64,000 bases of DNA from Myxococcota bacterium. Its GTDB lineage: Bacteria; Myxococcota_A; UBA796; UBA2385. The DNA lies in assembly GCA_044344255.1 (NCBI GenBank), contig JBIJDH010000003.1:192001-256000 (forward strand), given 5' to 3'. This document shows positions 24,674 through 33,626 of the stretch, one piece after another. Position numbers and translations under genes: made by a program. Below the pieces are notes generated by a model. That model worked only from the letters and a program-made list of their open reading frames with translations. It made no database searches and was not told where the DNA came from. Within the stretch, counting starts at the first letter, position 1; every line of letters starts with the position of its first letter.

Positions 24674-26656
24674 TCAGGGCTCGGCCAGCCAGAGCGCCTC
24701 GGTCACCGCCCAAGCCGGCTCGGGCTGGAGCGGGGGCCGGCTGTCATCCCCCCAGCAGATCGCGAGGACCCAGGGGACATCCGGTAGCGTCACCGCAGCG
24801 TCGAGGCGCAGCCCCGCGCGGTCCTCCAGGTCCCAGCTCGCGAGGGTGGCCCCTCCCGGACCGATGAGCGCGGCGTGACGGACCGACATCCAGGCGGGGG
24901 CCTCGACCGACAGGCGGGCGCGGCGACGGGCGCCGAGGCTGGCGGGAGCGCCCCAGGGGGAGGGGTCCCAGCGCAGCTCGAGGAGGGGCCCGTTCGTCGC
25001 CACCCGCCGACCGGCGAGCAGGCCGCCCAGCACGTCCACGAGGGGGGCGGTCTCGTCGTCAACGCCGAGGAGCCAGGTGCGAGGCCCAAAGAGGGCGAGC
25101 GGGGTCCATCGGTCGAGGAGGGCGACATAGTGTGTCAGGTCGCTGAGGCCCCCGAGCTCGATCGCGAAGGGGAGGGGATCCCAGCCGAGCGGGTCTCCCG
25201 CGGCCTCGAGCCAGGCGGGGTCCGCCACCGTGAGCCGGCGCCCCTGGTCTTCGAGGGCGGCGAGGAGGTCGGCGGCGTCGAGGCCGGCCCACTCGGTGGC
25301 GCCGTGCGCTGGAGCGCGGGAGGACCAGCCGTAGGGCCAGGCGTACGGGCTGCCCACGGGAGACATTGCCCGCGAGCCAGTGTCGAGGGTGATCCAGGGC
25401 GCGGTGCGGGCCGCGACGCTGTCGAGCGCGACCTCGTCCTGGGCGACGAGGACCGCGTAGCGGAGCCCATCGGCGGCGAGGCGATCCGCGAGGAGGGAGG
25501 GGGCGCGGCGCTCGTCGACCCCGGGCCAGGCGGCGACGTGGGTGTCGATCAAGGTGGCGGGGCGGGTGGCGCGCCGCAGCACCGCCTCCACGCGGGTGTC
25601 CCCCTCGACCCGCAGCTCGGCGAAGGTGGCGGCCTCCCAGGCGGGCCCCGCTGTCACCCGCACGGTCTCGACGCCTGCGCCCACCGGCACGACTCCGCCG
25701 CCCGCCCCAAGCGCGGTGGCCGTGTCTCCCCACCAGAGGGTCACCGGTATTTCGGTGCCGTGGTCCGTGACCGCGTGAAGGTAGATGGCGCCAGCCTCTC
25801 CGACGTTCACCGACATATCGGTGCCGATCGTCACCGACGGGCCGGTGGCGTAGCCGCTGGCGGAGGCCCGCAGCGCGACCGCCTCGGGGGGGAGCCGCCC
25901 CGCGAAGGCACCGTCCTCCACCCGCAGGCGGGCCAGGGTCACCCCGGCGCGGTCGAGGGCGGACAGCCACTCTCCGTCCGAGCTGCCGGCGACCTCGACG
26001 CCGTCGGGCCACAGCGCGGCGTAGACCTCGGCCCGCTCGCCCACGACGAGGCGAGTGGGCCCCGACCACTCCACCCAGCCGCCGAGATCGGTGACCGCGC
26101 CGTCGGTGGTGTAGAGCAGCGGCGCGGAGGGCTCCGTGCGAGCCTCCACCGCGGGGCCCACCAACCCCGAGCCCGCGCCGGGGCTGAAGGAGAGCGTGTC
26201 GGCGCCCTCGATGCGCAAGGTGGGCTCATCCGCCGAGAGCGCGTACCGCAGCTCGAAGGGGTCGCCGCCCGCGAGGGTCCCGCGGAGGTCGAGGCCCGCC
26301 TCGGCGCCGCTCGACCACGGCTCGATGTCCAGCCGCTCTGCCCACACGCCCCCGATGAGGGGCACGGCCTCGAGCATGGCGTCGGCCACCCCGGGGGGCG
26401 CGGCGTCCACGATCGTGCCGCCGGCGACGCCGAGCCGCGTGAGGGCGTTGGGCGCGTCCCGGACGACGAAGCGAGCGACCGCGTTCTCGATGACCCAGTC
26501 GCCGGAGCGACCCTCTCCGTAGGGCTGAAGCTCGTCCTTGCAGGGCACCTGCCGCGCCCGGACCTGCCCGGCCGAGAGGAGGCGCGGATCGCAGTCCTCC
26601 ACCTCCGTCAGCGGGCCCCATTCGGTGCACGCGAGCAGCAGCCCGAGCAGGATCAC
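24674..26656 (-). CDS. Large lipoprotein, resembles CehA/McbA-like PHP metallohydrolase proteins but degenerate
   Basis: Lipobox LLAC; GRSGDWVIENAVARFVV...GGTIVDA N-terminus; ATNGPLL; metal-binding His motif poorly preserved. Confidence 0.55.
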   Translation of the reverse strand: MILLGLLLACTEWGPLTEVEDCDPRLLSAGQVRARQVPCKDELQPYGEGRSGDWVIENAVARFVVRDAPNALTRLGVAGGTIVDAAPPGVADAMLEAVPLIGGVWAERLDIEPWSSGAEAGLDLRGTLAGGDPFELRYALSADEPTLRIEGADTLSFSPGAGSGLVGPAVEARTEPSAPLLYTTDGAVTDLGGWVEWSGPTRLVVGERAEVYAALWPDGVEVAGSSDGEWLSALDRAGVTLARLRVEDGAFAGRLPPEAVALRASASGYATGPSVTIGTDMSVNVGEAGAIYLHAVTDHGTEIPVTLWWGDTATALGAGGGVVPVGAGVETVRVTAGPAWEAATFAELRVEGDTRVEAVLRRATRPATLIDTHVAAWPGVDERRAPSLLADRLAADGLRYAVLVAQDEVALDSVAARTAPWITLDTGSRAMSPVGSPYAWPYGWSSRAPAHGATEWAGLDAADLLAALEDQGRRLTVADPAWLEAAGDPLGWDPLPFAIELGGLSDLTHYVALLDRWTPLALFGPRTWLLGVDDETAPLVDVLGGLLAGRRVATNGPLLELRWDPSPWGAPASLGARRRARLSVEAPAWMSVRHAALIGPGGATLASWDLEDRAGLRLDAAVTLPDVPWVLAICWGDDSRPPLQPEPAWAVTEALWLAEP

Positions 26657-27489
26657 TTCTCGCTGCCGCCCTCGTCGCCCTCGCCCTTCTTGTCTCCGGG
26701 GCCCTGCTCGTCGGCCTTCTTGTCGTCACCGGCGAGGCGGATCTCGACCACCTCGAGCTTGGCCTGCTTGGACCACTCCGCCGGCATGTCGCCCGTGGTC
26801 CACTCCCAACGCCGGACCTCCCCCGGGCCGATCGGCTTGTCGAAGCCTGGGGCCATCGGCATGTTGCCGGGCAGCTTCTTCGAGACCACCGGGTAGTCGT
26901 CCCGATCGATCTCCTTGCCGTCGAGGTTGAGGTAGCGGACCCGCATGATCATGCGCTCGATCGGCGCGGTGCCCTTGTTGGTCACGTCGGCGTAGAAGCC
27001 CCAGCCGTCGAGGGGGCCGTCCACCTGCTCGGCGAGGTTGACCTGCTTCAGCTCGAGCGGCCCGACCTCGAAGTTGGCCTTGTTCTGCGCCACCTTGAGG
27101 CGCTTCGGCGCGGCCTTCTTGTGCGAGCCGCTGCACTTCTTGTAGGCGTCACAGGCCTTGATGTACTCCTGCCAGATCTCGACGGTGTCGGTGTTCTCCG
27201 CCGTGAGGTAGAAGGCGAGCATCCGGCCCTCTTCGGCCTCCTTCAAGAGCTGCCCCTGGGGAAATCGCGCCATGTAGGCGTCCCAGTCCTCGAGCGAGCC
27301 GCTCGTGTTGGCGCGGTCGATGAAGAGCTGCTCGAGCCGGGTGTTGGCGGCTGCGACGAAGGAGGAGTTGGGGTTCTCCTTGAGGAAGGAGTCGTAGGCG
27401 TCGATGGTGTCGAGCTTCCGGGCCTCCTCGTAGGGGTTCGTGCACGCGAGGGCCAAGAAGGGGATCAGGACCATGAGGAGGCGGCGCAT
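26653..27489 (-). CDS. Lipoprotein with short helical repeats and a C-terminal Ig-like (FxLYD-like) domain
   Basis: Lipobox LAC; repeats AYDSFLKENPNS / WDAYMARFPQG; VTNKG...YLNLDGKEID...PIGPGE. Confidence 0.65.
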   Translation of the reverse strand: MRRLLMVLIPFLALACTNPYEEARKLDTIDAYDSFLKENPNSSFVAAANTRLEQLFIDRANTSGSLEDWDAYMARFPQGQLLKEAEEGRMLAFYLTAENTDTVEIWQEYIKACDAYKKCSGSHKKAAPKRLKVAQNKANFEVGPLELKQVNLAEQVDGPLDGWGFYADVTNKGTAPIERMIMRVRYLNLDGKEIDRDDYPVVSKKLPGNMPMAPGFDKPIGPGEVRRWEWTTGDMPAEWSKQAKLEVVEIRLAGDDKKADEQGPGDKKGEGDEGGSEK

Positions 27490-27534
27490 GGGTTCCTCGG
27501 CGGGGGGCGAGAGGGGCGGAGGGCCGGCGCGGTC

Positions 27535-29664
27535 TCAGGGGGAGATCGCACCCGCAGGAGACGAACTGTAAAAGAAGAGGGGCACGAAGGCCACGAGCAC
27601 CAGCGCGGTAGCCATCACGGAGCACGGGAGGAGCACGTGTTCGTGCCGCTCCCAGAAGGTGCCCTTGGCGTTGGCCAACAGGCTGTCGACCTCGTCGGCC
27701 CCGACGACCTGGCGCGTCAGGAGCTGGTTCAAGGCCACCGGCGGGGTGAGGTAGCCGAGCTCGAAAGCGACCAGCACCGTCATCCAGAAGTGCCCGGGCT
27801 GGATGCCATTGCTGTAGGCGACCTTCGAGATGGTGGCAGCGACGAGGATCACCGCGCCGTACGGATCCATCAGCATGCCGATGACGATGAGGACCACGAC
27901 CAGCAGCCCCATCGCGAGGAAGGGGGAGCCGAGGTCGGTGGGCACGTAGCTCATCACCTCGGCCCGCTCGAAGGCGCCGCCGAATGCGAGGCTCATCGCC
28001 ATGAGCAGGATGAGGGCGCCGATGTGACCGGTGGTCTCACCGGTCGCGTCGGTGACCGGACCGGGCCCCGGCGCGGCGGGGGCCCGTAGGCGCTCCAGGA
28101 GCAGGAAGGAGAGCATGACGAGGGGGAGGACGGTGGGAGCGGTGTGTTCGTCCAGCTTCGCGTCGAGCACCAACCAGCAGAGGCCGAGCACCCCGATCGT
28201 GACGCCCACGTAGGGAAGGAGGGCGCGCAGACGGGCGAGGCTCTCAGGCAGGGCCTCGCGGACCGGGGCCACCCGAAGCCCCCCCTTGCGGGTGAGGAAG
28301 AGCGCGAGGGCGAAGAGGCCGGAGGTGAGGGCGAACACGAGGCGCCCGTTGCCGTAGAGCTCGTCGGTGGTGACGGGGTTCAGGGCGGCCACGATCACGA
28401 CGAGCAAGCAGGGGCGCAGCACGACGCCGAGGCTCCCTGACATCGCGGTGGCCGCGAGGGCGAGCGTCGGTCGAGCGCCGGCGGCCCGGAGCTCCTTGAA
28501 GATGAGCCCACCGACCGCGATGACGAAGATGCCGGAGGCGCCGCTGTAGGCGGTGGGCCATGAGGCGAGGGTGACGGTCACCGCGGCGAGGACCTCCGGC
28601 GGCATCTTCCAGGGACGCAGCACGTCGAAGGCCATGTGCGCGGTGCGGGTCTGCTTGAGGAGCATCCCCGTCCAGACGTAGAGCCCCACGAAGACGTAGA
28701 GCTGCGCGTGCTCGGTGAGCTTTTGAAGGTAGACCGCGAGCCCGGCCGGGTAGCGCTCGAGGGCCAAGAACCAGACGGAAGACAGGAGCGCCATCGTGAC
28801 GTAGAGCGGTACGGCGAGGGCGCCGCGGAGCAGCGTCCCCCCTCCAGACCCTGGGCTGGCCTGAACCGGCTGCAGGAGGTTCTTTATGTTGAAGAGGGCC
28901 ATCAGCCCGAAGGCGAGCGCCCAGCCGATCGAGAGGTAGGGGTCTTGGATCTCGGCGCCCGACGAGGCCTCGGCCTCGTGCAACGCCCACCCGGAGGCCG
29001 CGACGAGGAGGTTGCCGATGAGCTGCACGCCCTGGGTGAGCCGGTCCTCCAGCGGACTCCGCGCCGAGCCGAGGGCGATGTGGCCTCGGGTGGCCGTCGC
29101 CGTGGCGCCGCAGAGGGCCACCAGCAGCACGAGCAGCGACGAGTAGATGGAGTCGCCCCAGTCTTTGAAGGCCGAGAGGCCGCGGTCCAGCTGAATGAAG
29201 GCCCGCTGCTCGCTCGACAGCGGGACCGGCGGGGGCGCGGCCGCGACGGGTGCCGTAGGCGCGGCCTCGACGGGGGCGTTCGGGTCGACGCCTGCGTCCA
29301 TCAGCAGGCCGTCCACCAGCGGATCGCCGGTCCCGGCGGCGGGCGCCTCGACCCCAGCGTCGGCGAGCAAGCCTGCCACCAGGGGGTCTTCTTCGGCGGC
29401 GGAGGCCGTGGGTGCGCCCGACGCGCCTGTGCCCGCCTCGTCGGTCCCCTCCGACCCCGCAGCGCGCGCCGCGGTCTCCCCCTCTGGATCCTGGCGCCGT
29501 AGCTCGGCGGCGTAGCCGGGCCACAGCTGCTCTCCGAGCTGAATGAGGCGGCCGGAGGCCTGGCTGGCCGTCCAATGCACCACCGAGCCGCCGAGGACGA
29601 CGAGCACCGGGAGGGTGGAGAGCGCGGTCCGGAGGGGGCCGCGCGATGTGACCTCAGCGCTCAC
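27535..29664 (-). CDS. TRAP transporter large permease (DctM-like) with N-terminal extension
   Basis: SGASGIFV, SGSLGVVLRP, GMLMDPYGA, FELGYLTPPVALN; GTG start after AAGGAG. Confidence 0.85.
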   Translation of the reverse strand: MSAEVTSRGPLRTALSTLPVLVVLGGSVVHWTASQASGRLIQLGEQLWPGYAAELRRQDPEGETAARAAGSEGTDEAGTGASGAPTASAAEEDPLVAGLLADAGVEAPAAGTGDPLVDGLLMDAGVDPNAPVEAAPTAPVAAAPPPVPLSSEQRAFIQLDRGLSAFKDWGDSIYSSLLVLLVALCGATATATRGHIALGSARSPLEDRLTQGVQLIGNLLVAASGWALHEAEASSGAEIQDPYLSIGWALAFGLMALFNIKNLLQPVQASPGSGGGTLLRGALAVPLYVTMALLSSVWFLALERYPAGLAVYLQKLTEHAQLYVFVGLYVWTGMLLKQTRTAHMAFDVLRPWKMPPEVLAAVTVTLASWPTAYSGASGIFVIAVGGLIFKELRAAGARPTLALAATAMSGSLGVVLRPCLLVVIVAALNPVTTDELYGNGRLVFALTSGLFALALFLTRKGGLRVAPVREALPESLARLRALLPYVGVTIGVLGLCWLVLDAKLDEHTAPTVLPLVMLSFLLLERLRAPAAPGPGPVTDATGETTGHIGALILLMAMSLAFGGAFERAEVMSYVPTDLGSPFLAMGLLVVVLIVIGMLMDPYGAVILVAATISKVAYSNGIQPGHFWMTVLVAFELGYLTPPVALNQLLTRQVVGADEVDSLLANAKGTFWERHEHVLLPCSVMATALVLVAFVPLFFYSSSPAGAISP

Positions 29665-29749
29665 GCTGACTCCTTGGGAGTGATGCACCGTCGAGGAGGC
29701 GGAGGGGGTTCACCGCGCTCGAGAGCCCGGCAGTCTACTTCTCGTCGGA

Positions 29750-30769
29750 CTACTTCTGGCCGGAGAGCTTCTCGAAGGCGGTGACGACCGTGGGATCATA
29801 GGCGCCGTTCTTGACGAGCTCGTGGCGTGCATCGCCGATCATGGACAGGTACGCTGCCTTTTTCTCCCCCTCGATGTCGATCCACTTGGCGGCCTCGATC
29901 CCTCCCTCCGCCTTCTTCGAGATGGCCAGGAAGGAGTCGAAGCTCTGGGATGCCCAGGTGCGGGACTTGGCGCCGAAGCCCGCCGGCATGTCGGCGGTTC
30001 GGGTGAGGAGCTGCAGGGTGAGCTGGGCCAGCGGGAAGCGCACCACCCCGCCGGTCGTCCCGACGCCCTTGAAGAGCTCCAGCGGCTTGTAGGCAGTCGC
30101 GGGGGCGTAGGCCACGTCGCATCCGTGGTTGTTGAACTTGGCGGCGAAGGTGCCGATGTCGGAGGGCACCGCCTGCGCGCCCACCCGGGAGACCATCACC
30201 TTGGCGGCGCTGTCGAAGTCCATGGTGCAGATCTTCTTGCCGGCCAGGGCCTTGACGTCGGCGACGCTCCGGTCGGAGACGTAGAGGTAGATCGCGCCTG
30301 CAGGGAAGATGCCGACCGTCTCGAACTCGCCGCTCTTCATCAGCGACTCGCCGGAGGCTCCGGAGAGGCCCAGCACGGCCTTCTTGAGCAGATCGTAAGA
30401 GGGGAGGAGGCCGAGGGCCTCGATGGAGTAGCTCTTGCGGTTGAACTGCTGGACGCGGACGCCGGTGATCAAGGCGGCGTCGCACTTCTTGTTGCGGAAA
30501 TCCGAGGCGGCGACCGCTTCGTCGGTGTAGGGCTTGAGGGTGAACTTCACGCCCCAGCCCGCGGCGGCCGACTGGTACTTCACGGCGTTCTGATAGGCGT
30601 CACCGGTGGTGCCGCTCGGGTCGTAGACGCAGAGCGTCTTGTTGACGGCGGCGGGCTGCTGGGCGAAAGCGGCGCCCTGATCTACGTCGGCGACGACGCT
30701 GGAGAGGCCGGTCGTGAGCAGCGCGAGTGCGGCGAAGCAGAGGGCGCCGAGCAGGTTCTTGGTCTTCAT
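29750..30769 (-). CDS. TRAP-type periplasmic solute-binding protein (DctP/AdeT-like)
   Basis: Signal peptide; LCVYDPSG, YTDEAVAASDF, GAIYLYVSDR, FAAKFNN, AYAPATAYKPLEL; next to the permease. Confidence 0.75.
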   Translation of the reverse strand: MKTKNLLGALCFAALALLTTGLSSVVADVDQGAAFAQQPAAVNKTLCVYDPSGTTGDAYQNAVKYQSAAAGWGVKFTLKPYTDEAVAASDFRNKKCDAALITGVRVQQFNRKSYSIEALGLLPSYDLLKKAVLGLSGASGESLMKSGEFETVGIFPAGAIYLYVSDRSVADVKALAGKKICTMDFDSAAKVMVSRVGAQAVPSDIGTFAAKFNNHGCDVAYAPATAYKPLELFKGVGTTGGVVRFPLAQLTLQLLTRTADMPAGFGAKSRTWASQSFDSFLAISKKAEGGIEAAKWIDIEGEKKAAYLSMIGDARHELVKNGAYDPTVVTAFEKLSGQK

Positions 30770-31875
30770 TTCCCGGACTCCGGTTGAGGTGTGATCGTGG
30801 GCGCGCCGGTCGGAGCCGGGGCGACCTCTTCGATGGGCAACGGGCCGAAGAGGTCGGGCATTTCAAGGAGATCGAGGGTCTGCGTCACCGCGCCCGGCAT
30901 TGAGCCGAAGGATCCTTGCGGGGTGCGGGCGCCGGTCTCCTGCATCCAGCGCTTGTCGGACTCGTGGCGGATCAGCAGGCCGCCGTATCGATCGAGGAGG
31001 CGCCACGCCGGATCGGCCGGCGTGCCGAGCGCGGTGGCGTGGGCGGCGAGGGCCCGGCCGAGCTCTTCTTCTTTCCCCTGGGAGGAGAGGGTCTGGATTT
31101 GAAAGGAACGGGCGAGGCGGACCTTCGCACGCTCACCCTTGAGGGCCTGCAGCTCGAGGGCGGCGAAGGGGTCGCTGCCTGCGGTGACGCCACCCGGGAT
31201 GCTGATCGCTACGGCGGCCTGCAGCGCCCCGGGGACCCCCCACCAGGCGTCGTCGTCGAGGCAGGCGGCCCCACGGCCCACCTTGGCGGGGATGTCGAGA
31301 GGCACATCGATCTCGTTCCCGCCGGCCCGATCGTGCAGCACAGAGAGGACCCCTGCGGAGAGGCCGAGCAGGTAGACCGCCTCGTCGTTCGCTCGCAGCG
31401 TGGGACACTCCCCGCCGATCTCGCCGAAGGCCGCCTCCAGGCTCCTCCACGATGCGTAGTAGCGGCGGGCCGCGTCGACGTGGGCCCGGCGCTCGACCTC
31501 AAGGTGGTCTTGAGAGGCGGTCGAGCGGCCCTCGTAGTTGGCCTGAAGCCGGAGGAGCTCAGCGTCCCAAGCGCGGAACTCCGCGCACATGCCGGCGGAG
31601 AGCTGCGTGAGCACCCCGGCCTTGGTTGGGTGATTGCCCACCGGCCCGATCACCGCCAGCATCGGCGCGGTGGCGGCGCCGGTCATGCAGGCCAGCTCGA
31701 CGTCATCGTCGGCCATCAGCGTGGGGAGCACCTTCTTCTGGACGAAGTTGTCGGTGAGGGCCGCGCAGCCGGTGAGGGCGCCCGAACCCAGCAAGCCCAG
31801 ACTCAGCAGGAGTGCGCCGCGGAGCCCATGGGCCACGGGCGGATCAGCGAGAGGGGGGCGGGGGCAGCCGGACAT
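30766..31875 (-). CDS. Helical lipoprotein, candidate TRAP T-component (TatT-like)
   Basis: Lipobox LTGC; ATGA overlap with the SBP gene; T-P-M gene order. Confidence 0.55.
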   Translation of the reverse strand: MSGCPRPPLADPPVAHGLRGALLLSLGLLGSGALTGCAALTDNFVQKKVLPTLMADDDVELACMTGAATAPMLAVIGPVGNHPTKAGVLTQLSAGMCAEFRAWDAELLRLQANYEGRSTASQDHLEVERRAHVDAARRYYASWRSLEAAFGEIGGECPTLRANDEAVYLLGLSAGVLSVLHDRAGGNEIDVPLDIPAKVGRGAACLDDDAWWGVPGALQAAVAISIPGGVTAGSDPFAALELQALKGERAKVRLARSFQIQTLSSQGKEEELGRALAAHATALGTPADPAWRLLDRYGGLLIRHESDKRWMQETGARTPQGSFGSMPGAVTQTLDLLEMPDLFGPLPIEEVAPAPTGAPTITPQPESGK

Positions 31876-32083
31876 GGCGGTGTCTCCTTCGATTTGGCTT
31901 CGAGGGCGATCGGGCTTCGAGGGGTTGGCCTCTGCTTTCCCGAGGTGGGTGTTTCCCCGAGGTAGGTGTCCCCGGGATAGGGCCCCCGACCGCGCGGCGG
32001 GCGGTGCTCCTAATCCACCGCTCCCCGGGGTGGGCGGGCTGAGGTCCCTCATTCGCCCGCGATCGGCCTGTCGGGAGCTGCTT

Positions 32084-32752
32084 GTGGCGAACGTGATCCC
32101 CCTGGAAGAGCGCCTCCGAGTCATCGAGGTCTACCCGAGCGTACAAGGGGAGAGCACCTTCGTGGGCCTCCCCTGCGTCTTCGTGCGCCTCGCTGGCTGC
32201 AATCTTCGCTGCACGTGGTGTGACTCCACCTACACCTTCACGGGCGGGGAGCATCGCTCGATCGACGCGGTGGTGGAGGAGGTGGCAGCGATGGGCGTGT
32301 CGCTGGTCGAGGTCACGGGGGGGGAGCCGTTGGTGCACCGCGCGGCGATCCCCTTGATGGAGCGGCTCCTCGCCCGCGGCCACACCGTGCTGCTCGAGAC
32401 CTCGGGCTCCCGAGACATCGGCGCGGTGCCCGCCGGGGTCCACATCATCCTCGATCTCAAGCCGCCCGACTCCGGGGAGGCGGGCAAGAACCTCTGGTCC
32501 AACATCCCGCTCCTCCAGGCGAAGGACGAGGTGAAATTCGTGATCGCCTCCCGCGCCGACTACGAGTGGAGCCGGGACCGCATCCGCGAGCACGCCCTCG
32601 ATCGGCGCTGTGGCGCGGTGCTGCTGTCCCCGGTCTTCGGGAGGGTCGATCCCGCGGCGATCGTGGAGTGGATGCTCGCGGATCGGGTGCCCGCCCGCTT
32701 CCAGCTGCAGCTCCACAAGTTCGTGTGGCCGCCGGAGGCCCGAGGGGTGTAA
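32084..32752 (+). CDS. queE: 7-carboxy-7-deazaguanine synthase (radical SAM)
   Basis: SVQGES, FVRLAGCNLRCTWCDS, TGGEPL, LETSG, QLHK. Confidence 0.9.
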   Translation: MANVIPLEERLRVIEVYPSVQGESTFVGLPCVFVRLAGCNLRCTWCDSTYTFTGGEHRSIDAVVEEVAAMGVSLVEVTGGEPLVHRAAIPLMERLLARGHTVLLETSGSRDIGAVPAGVHIILDLKPPDSGEAGKNLWSNIPLLQAKDEVKFVIASRADYEWSRDRIREHALDRRCGAVLLSPVFGRVDPAAIVEWMLADRVPARFQLQLHKFVWPPEARGV

Positions 32753-32846
32753 GGGACGAGCGGTGCCCGGCGCGGCCGGGGCCCCGGCTGTTCCGGTCGG
32801 AGCGGCCGAAGAGAGGCCCCGCGAGGGCCGGAAGGAGAGGTGCAAC

Positions 32847-33107
32847 GTGGCTCAGGTGGATGCGGGGGGCACGGCCCTCCAAGAGGTGGTCTTCGGTGTC
32901 AACGGGATGACGTGCGGCGGCTGTTCGAGCAGCGTCCGGCGCTCTCTCGAGGCCCTCCCCGGCGTCTCGGGCGTTGAGGTGACCCTCAGCCCCGGGCGGG
33001 CCGCCGTGCGCTACGATTCGCTCCGTGTCACCGCGGCGGAGCTCGTGTCTGCGGTGGAGGAGGCCGGCTTCGAGGTCGTCCCGTCGGCGATGGGCGCCGC
33101 CTCCTGA
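32847..33107 (+). CDS. Heavy-metal-associated (CopZ-like) chaperone
   Basis: VNGMTCGGC motif, PGVSGV, VEEAGF; GTG after GGAGAGG. Confidence 0.85.
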   Translation: MAQVDAGGTALQEVVFGVNGMTCGGCSSSVRRSLEALPGVSGVEVTLSPGRAAVRYDSLRVTAAELVSAVEEAGFEVVPSAMGAAS

Positions 33108-33138
33108 CCGCCTGAAGTGACAGCCGCTTGGAGCGCCG

Positions 33139-33609
33139 ATGCGTCGTGATCACCGCCTGAAGCCCACCCTCCTACTGTGGGGCGCGCTCCTGTTGACCGC
33201 CGGCGGCTCCTGGGCGGCCGTCGGGTTGCCGCCTCGAATTCGTCCCCCGGCGGACACGGGCGCGGTCGACACGGGCGTCGTGGACACGGGCGTCGAGGAC
33301 ACCGGCGCCGTGGACACCGGCGCCGTGGACACGGGCACGGGGGGCGACACCGGCGCGGTGGACTCCGGCACGGGGGGCGACACGGGAAGCCCGTTGGACA
33401 CCGGCGCCCCCGTCGACACCGGGGCCCCCGCGGACACCGCTGTGACCGACACCGGCGCCTTGGACACAGCGGTCCCGGTCACCAGCGCCGCCCAGCTCAC
33501 CGACGAGAAGGGAGGCTTCGCCTGCAGCTCGGCCCCCGCCTCCGGCTCCACTTGGTTCGGGATGCTCGCGCTGGCGCTGCTCACCGCCGTCGGGCGCCGC
33601 TCCCGCTGA
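33139..33609 (+). CDS. Small surface protein made of DTG repeats with a MYXO-CTERM-like sorting tail
   Basis: Signal peptide; more than 10 D(T/S)(G/A) units; KGGFACSS...TM...GRRSR. Confidence 0.7.
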   Translation: MRRDHRLKPTLLLWGALLLTAGGSWAAVGLPPRIRPPADTGAVDTGVVDTGVEDTGAVDTGAVDTGTGGDTGAVDSGTGGDTGSPLDTGAPVDTGAPADTAVTDTGALDTAVPVTSAAQLTDEKGGFACSSAPASGSTWFGMLALALLTAVGRRSR

Positions 33610-33626
33610 GCCTCCGCCGGTTGGCT

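Noticed and set aside
31634..32083. Long N-terminal extensions in the track for queE (also rho, gpmI, subunit IV, copZ)
   Set aside because: They overlap other genes or promoters and lack family similarity; downstream starts were chosen
31876..32083. preQ1 riboswitch upstream of queE
   Set aside because: No recognisable preQ1 stem and A-rich tail
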